Sequence record: NC_016158.1
Reading direction: 5' to 3' (one strand)
Origin: Escherichia phage HK639
DNA length: 49,576 nucleotides
Below the pieces are notes generated by a model, which saw nothing but the letters and a program-made list of their open reading frames with translations, did not search any database and was not told the DNA's origin. This document shows positions 46,511 to 49,576 of the stretch, piece after piece (positions within the stretch are counted from its first letter, which is position 1; the number at the start of each line of letters is the position of its first letter). The position numbers and the translations under genes are program-made.

Positions 46511-46786
46511 ATGGGGTTTGAAACTTTAATTGGTATTGCTGCAGCAGTCATTGCCGCCATCGCTGGCGCTTTCGGCCTGGGCCATATTCGCGGCTCAAGC
46601 AAAGCAGAAGCAAAAGCAGTTCAGCAGCGCACCGAAGATAACGCAGCTGCAACGGTCGCAGCAGCAGATCGCCGTGTAGAGACAACGAAAGAGGCCAGCA
46701 ATGTACAGCAAACTGTTAACCATATGTCTGGCGATGATGTTGATCGCGAGCTGCGCGAAAACTTCACCCGCCCCGGTGGTGATTGA
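46511..46786 (+). CDS. i-spanin (Rz-like)
   Basis: N-terminal TM helix (LIGIAAAVIAAIAGAF) then charged coiled-coil-like region; embeds o-spanin start in another frame. Confidence 0.6.
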   Translation: MGFETLIGIAAAVIAAIAGAFGLGHIRGSSKAEAKAVQQRTEDNAAATVAAADRRVETTKEASNVQQTVNHMSGDDVDRELRENFTRPGGD

Positions 46787-46928
46787 TACGGGCTGCCTGT
46801 GGACCCGGATTATCTATCTGACAAACCACGATATCGACGTTATGGACCGCCAGACGAAGAAAGACATCCTGGCGCATAACAAAGCGTGGCAGGCGAACTG
46901 TCAGAAACCAACAGAGAAAAAAATATGA
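46701..46928 (+). CDS. o-spanin (Rz1-like lipoprotein), overlapping i-spanin
   Basis: 75 aa; lipobox LIASC; starts inside Rz-like gene in +1 frame. Confidence 0.6.
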   Translation: MYSKLLTICLAMMLIASCAKTSPAPVVIDTGCLWTRIIYLTNHDIDVMDRQTKKDILAHNKAWQANCQKPTEKKI

Positions 46929-47206
46929 GCGAAGCTAAACCGCAGGACGGCACTACCGTTAAAGGCTATCGAACCTTATCGCCTGGTGATATTGAGCGTA
47001 TGAATCGCCTGAAGGGTGTCAGCCGACACTTCTGTAATTTACATGATACAGAACGTGAGCATGTCAACGATGAGTTATCTGCTACCGGCAACCACTCAGC
47101 TGAAGCAAACGAAGCTGCCCGCTGTCTCGCTATTGCGCGCACCAAAATGCAGGAAGCCTGCATGTGGGCATGTCGTGCCGTAGCCCGTCCAGACGCTGAC
47201 TGTTAG
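46925..47206 (+). CDS. hypothetical protein following lysis cassette
   Basis: ORF 46886..47206; ATG 46925 overlaps o-spanin stop (ATGA); 93 aa. Confidence 0.45.
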   Translation: MSEAKPQDGTTVKGYRTLSPGDIERMNRLKGVSRHFCNLHDTEREHVNDELSATGNHSAEANEAARCLAIARTKMQEACMWACRAVARPDADC

Positions 47207-47223
47207 CCAAAAAACAAACATAG

Positions 47224-47249
47224 AGCCTCGCAATAGCGGGGCTTTTTTA
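47224..47249 (+). terminator. rho-independent terminator
   Basis: GCCTCGC-AATA-GCGGGGC plus TTTTTT. Confidence 0.6.
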
Positions 47250-47378
47250 TGCGCATCTCACGCGCATCTCAACGAGAGCCTTTCAGTAAGCGAGCCTGAG
47301 AAATGCCGTTATAGGTGGCGACCTCTCTCGGGCGGCTTTTCTGTGAGACAGGCTCACTTTCTAAAAGGTAAAGACGCT
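47237..47378 (+). promoter_or_regulatory. conserved leader element, copy B (paralogue of 10015..10140)
   Basis: Alignable to copy A; contains direct repeat GCGCATCTCA x2 and inverted repeat GAGCCTG...CAGGCTCAC; ends TTCTAAAAGG before ATGAAT. Confidence 0.6.
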
Positions 47379-47903
47379 ATGAATAATCCGTCAGTTATTC
47401 CGGCCTTTGACTTCCGAGAAATGGTGCAAGCCAAAAACGGAGAGGTCGTTACCACATCCCGAAAAGTTGCCACGTACTTCGGAAAGCGACATGGTGATGT
47501 GCTCAGGAAAATCGAGCAGGTTAAGGCCGATTGCTCAAGTGAGTTTAGCCAACGCAATTTTGCGTCGGCCGATTATATCGATGAGCAGGGTAAGGTTCGC
47601 CCGATGTATAGCCTGACGAAAGATGGCTGGATCATGGTTGTGATGGGGTTCACCGGGAAAGCTGCTGCGGCTATCAAAGAAAGCTACATTTCAGCTTTCA
47701 ATTGGATGTCTGAGCAACTTAGCCGTCGCCTGGCCATGGGTGAAGAAATGCAGCACCGCTACGCCATCAAAGAAACGCGCTCAAAGTTGAAGGGCACGAT
47801 CGGCAGCCGGTTGATGAACGAGCGGAAGAAAGAGAAACGTGTTCTGGCTGTGGAGCATGAGCACATCATGCAGGTAACGCAGCCTGAATTGCTGATCGAA
47901 TAA
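47379..47903 (+). CDS. rha: Rha-family phage regulatory protein
   Basis: ORF 47343..47903 with start at Met13; N-terminal VVTTSRKVATYFGKRHGDVLRKIEQ signature of Rha domain. Confidence 0.7.
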   Translation: MNNPSVIPAFDFREMVQAKNGEVVTTSRKVATYFGKRHGDVLRKIEQVKADCSSEFSQRNFASADYIDEQGKVRPMYSLTKDGWIMVVMGFTGKAAAAIKESYISAFNWMSEQLSRRLAMGEEMQHRYAIKETRSKLKGTIGSRLMNERKKEKRVLAVEHEHIMQVTQPELLIE

Positions 47904-47958
47904 GCCATTACAGAAGCTCCTTAATAGAGAAAACCAGAGCCATGAAATAGCATGGCCT

Positions 47959-49029
47959 ATGCCGGTTTTATTTGAAATATTTATCATCGCTTGTGGTGCA
48001 ATTATGAAAGGCTTATTTATCCCTGGTGTGACTGAGCTTGGCGCATCATCAGATAGTTTTCCATCCGGCATAGTTATTCCCGGTGCTAATGTTATGACGC
48101 TGCCGCCTGGCGAGTGGGTTGACCTTAGCGATATCGATCTTACCTCCTCTGCACTGGATTATCGGGTTTCGTTCAGCTGCGCAAGCAACCATGCATACTA
48201 CTCAGCTGACGGAACTATTCAGTTCGCTGCACCTGACGTATGGCCGCTTGAGTACCGAAATGGTGTGGCAGTTGGAAGGCATGAGCCTGAAGTGCAGGCG
48301 ACCAACACCTACTATACGGGGGGGGTAGGGGCAGTGCGTGCGGCAATAAGTAATTCCGCAGAAAGAATACTGAATACCCCGACATTCAGGCTTACAGAAT
48401 CTAATTTGGAAGGGCAACACTACGCTGCATGTCCGCAGAAAGTTACGGCGGGAAAGAAGTACAGCTTTAGCGGTTTTATTCAAAAAACAGAGAAGTCGAG
48501 AGGGTATGCATTTATCCTTTTAGCGCACCAATTGATTGTTGATGCGCAGATTTTATCTGTAATAAATATCTCTGATGCGTCAGTGTCATTCACCGGTATT
48601 TCTGATGGACTCACTACAACCGCAGAGTTTATCTCTCCCGGCGTAATACGGTTTTCCGGGACTGTTATTGCGACAAAATCCGTAGAGTCACCTTCCTATA
48701 TAATCTATATGGGGCCATCAACCAGTATCACACCCGGTGGCGCAACCTACGTTGGAGATTCATCATATTCTCTGGAGTTTGCAGCACTGCAGCTTGAAGA
48801 TAATCCCTGTTCAACATCACCAATCATTGCATCCAGCGCTGCTGCAACACGATCCAAGGCTTTTGCGAACATCAAGAACCCCAGCAGAATTGCAACCTCT
48901 GTGCGTTTGCACTATAGCGACGCAACGACCAAGCAAATCGATTTTGGCGGTGCAGAAGAGGTTGAAATACCAGCATCAACGACTGACTGGGGTAAGCGCT
49001 ACATCCAACGAATCGAGTACATAAGATAA
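47959..49029 (+). CDS. hypothetical protein (356 aa; start may be internal Met at 48004), Ser/Thr/Gly/Ala-rich
   Basis: Long ORF after Rha, AT-richer 5' region, no clear RBS; composition reminiscent of fibre or surface-binding proteins. Confidence 0.4.
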   Translation: MPVLFEIFIIACGAIMKGLFIPGVTELGASSDSFPSGIVIPGANVMTLPPGEWVDLSDIDLTSSALDYRVSFSCASNHAYYSADGTIQFAAPDVWPLEYRNGVAVGRHEPEVQATNTYYTGGVGAVRAAISNSAERILNTPTFRLTESNLEGQHYAACPQKVTAGKKYSFSGFIQKTEKSRGYAFILLAHQLIVDAQILSVINISDASVSFTGISDGLTTTAEFISPGVIRFSGTVIATKSVESPSYIIYMGPSTSITPGGATYVGDSSYSLEFAALQLEDNPCSTSPIIASSAAATRSKAFANIKNPSRIATSVRLHYSDATTKQIDFGGAEEVEIPASTTDWGKRYIQRIEYIR

Positions 49030-49313
49030 TGAGCAGGCTGACATATTTACGATTCCCTGATGAGGCTACTGCGAGAGCAGCCACTGGTTGGTGGTCTGAG
49101 GGGGCTGGATGGGCAGTACCGACTAAGTCTATTCAGTTTTCTGTGCGGGGCGTTCTGTATAACAGTGACGGTGAATATGACGAGGCCGGAAATGTGATAA
49201 AGGAGCCGACCCTAAAGGACGGTTATCACATTGATGTTATCTATGGCCTCATACCTGAAGCTGCGCAGAAATTTATCATCAATCCATCAACACCTGAATA
49301 CGTACTGGCGTAG
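49029..49313 (+). CDS. hypothetical protein
   Basis: 94 aa; start overlaps preceding stop. Confidence 0.4.
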   Translation: MSRLTYLRFPDEATARAATGWWSEGAGWAVPTKSIQFSVRGVLYNSDGEYDEAGNVIKEPTLKDGYHIDVIYGLIPEAAQKFIINPSTPEYVLA

Positions 49314-49322
49314 GGGGGGCAC

Positions 49323-49559
49323 ATGGCAACAGAAAGAATGACAATCGGTAGTGAGCCAGTTCAGATAACTGACGGCACTAACAGCGCCCTAATTTCAGTT
49401 TTTGGCGGCTACCCTATCAGTTTTGCTGATTCAGATGTTGAGCCTGACAAATCAGTGGGCGACATCATCAGGGATAAGATGGTGGTAAACCCGCCATTAA
49501 AAGTTTGGCTGTGGTCTGATGGGCCAGGGCCTCATGAAGTTGCAGTAACCCGATGGTAG
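49323..49559 (+). CDS. hypothetical protein
   Basis: 78 aa ORF ending 17 nt before window end. Confidence 0.4.
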   Translation: MATERMTIGSEPVQITDGTNSALISVFGGYPISFADSDVEPDKSVGDIIRDKMVVNPPLKVWLWSDGPGPHEVAVTRW

Positions 49560-49576
49560 CCATGAGTGATACCACC

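Overview
The window reads as a nearly complete genome of a lambdoid (lambda-like) temperate siphophage of an enterobacterial-type host, laid out in virion-map order rather than as a prophage flanked by host DNA. Order: terminase small/large, portal, head morphogenesis, scaffold, capsid, head-tail joining, major tail, G/GT chaperone with a -1 frameshift, tape measure, M-L-K-I-J tail tip, tail fibre, attP-like tRNA fragment, int/xis, leftward early operon (RecT, Gp157, MT-A70 methylase), immunity region (cI, cro, cII-like), O/P-like replication, Nin region (NinB, RusA), Q, a tRNA region, lysis cassette (holins, GH19 endolysin, overlapping spanins), and a Rha-containing cluster. Several AT-richer moron insertions interrupt this backbone. 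The most interesting are: (1) a YafO-like toxin with a non-canonical 190-aa upstream partner between the tape measure and tail-tip genes; (2) a Gp49/HigB-like plus HTH-XRE plus unknown third gene operon in the rex position downstream of cI; (3) a ~140-bp structured leader element duplicated upstream of two unrelated genes; (4) an orphan, pre-truncated UmuD'-like gene next to attP; (5) two lipoprotein morons; (6) tRNA-derived segments at three separate places. All calls come from reading the sequence and recalled family signatures; no database search, HMM or folding was run, so family assignments and coordinates of short features are provisional.
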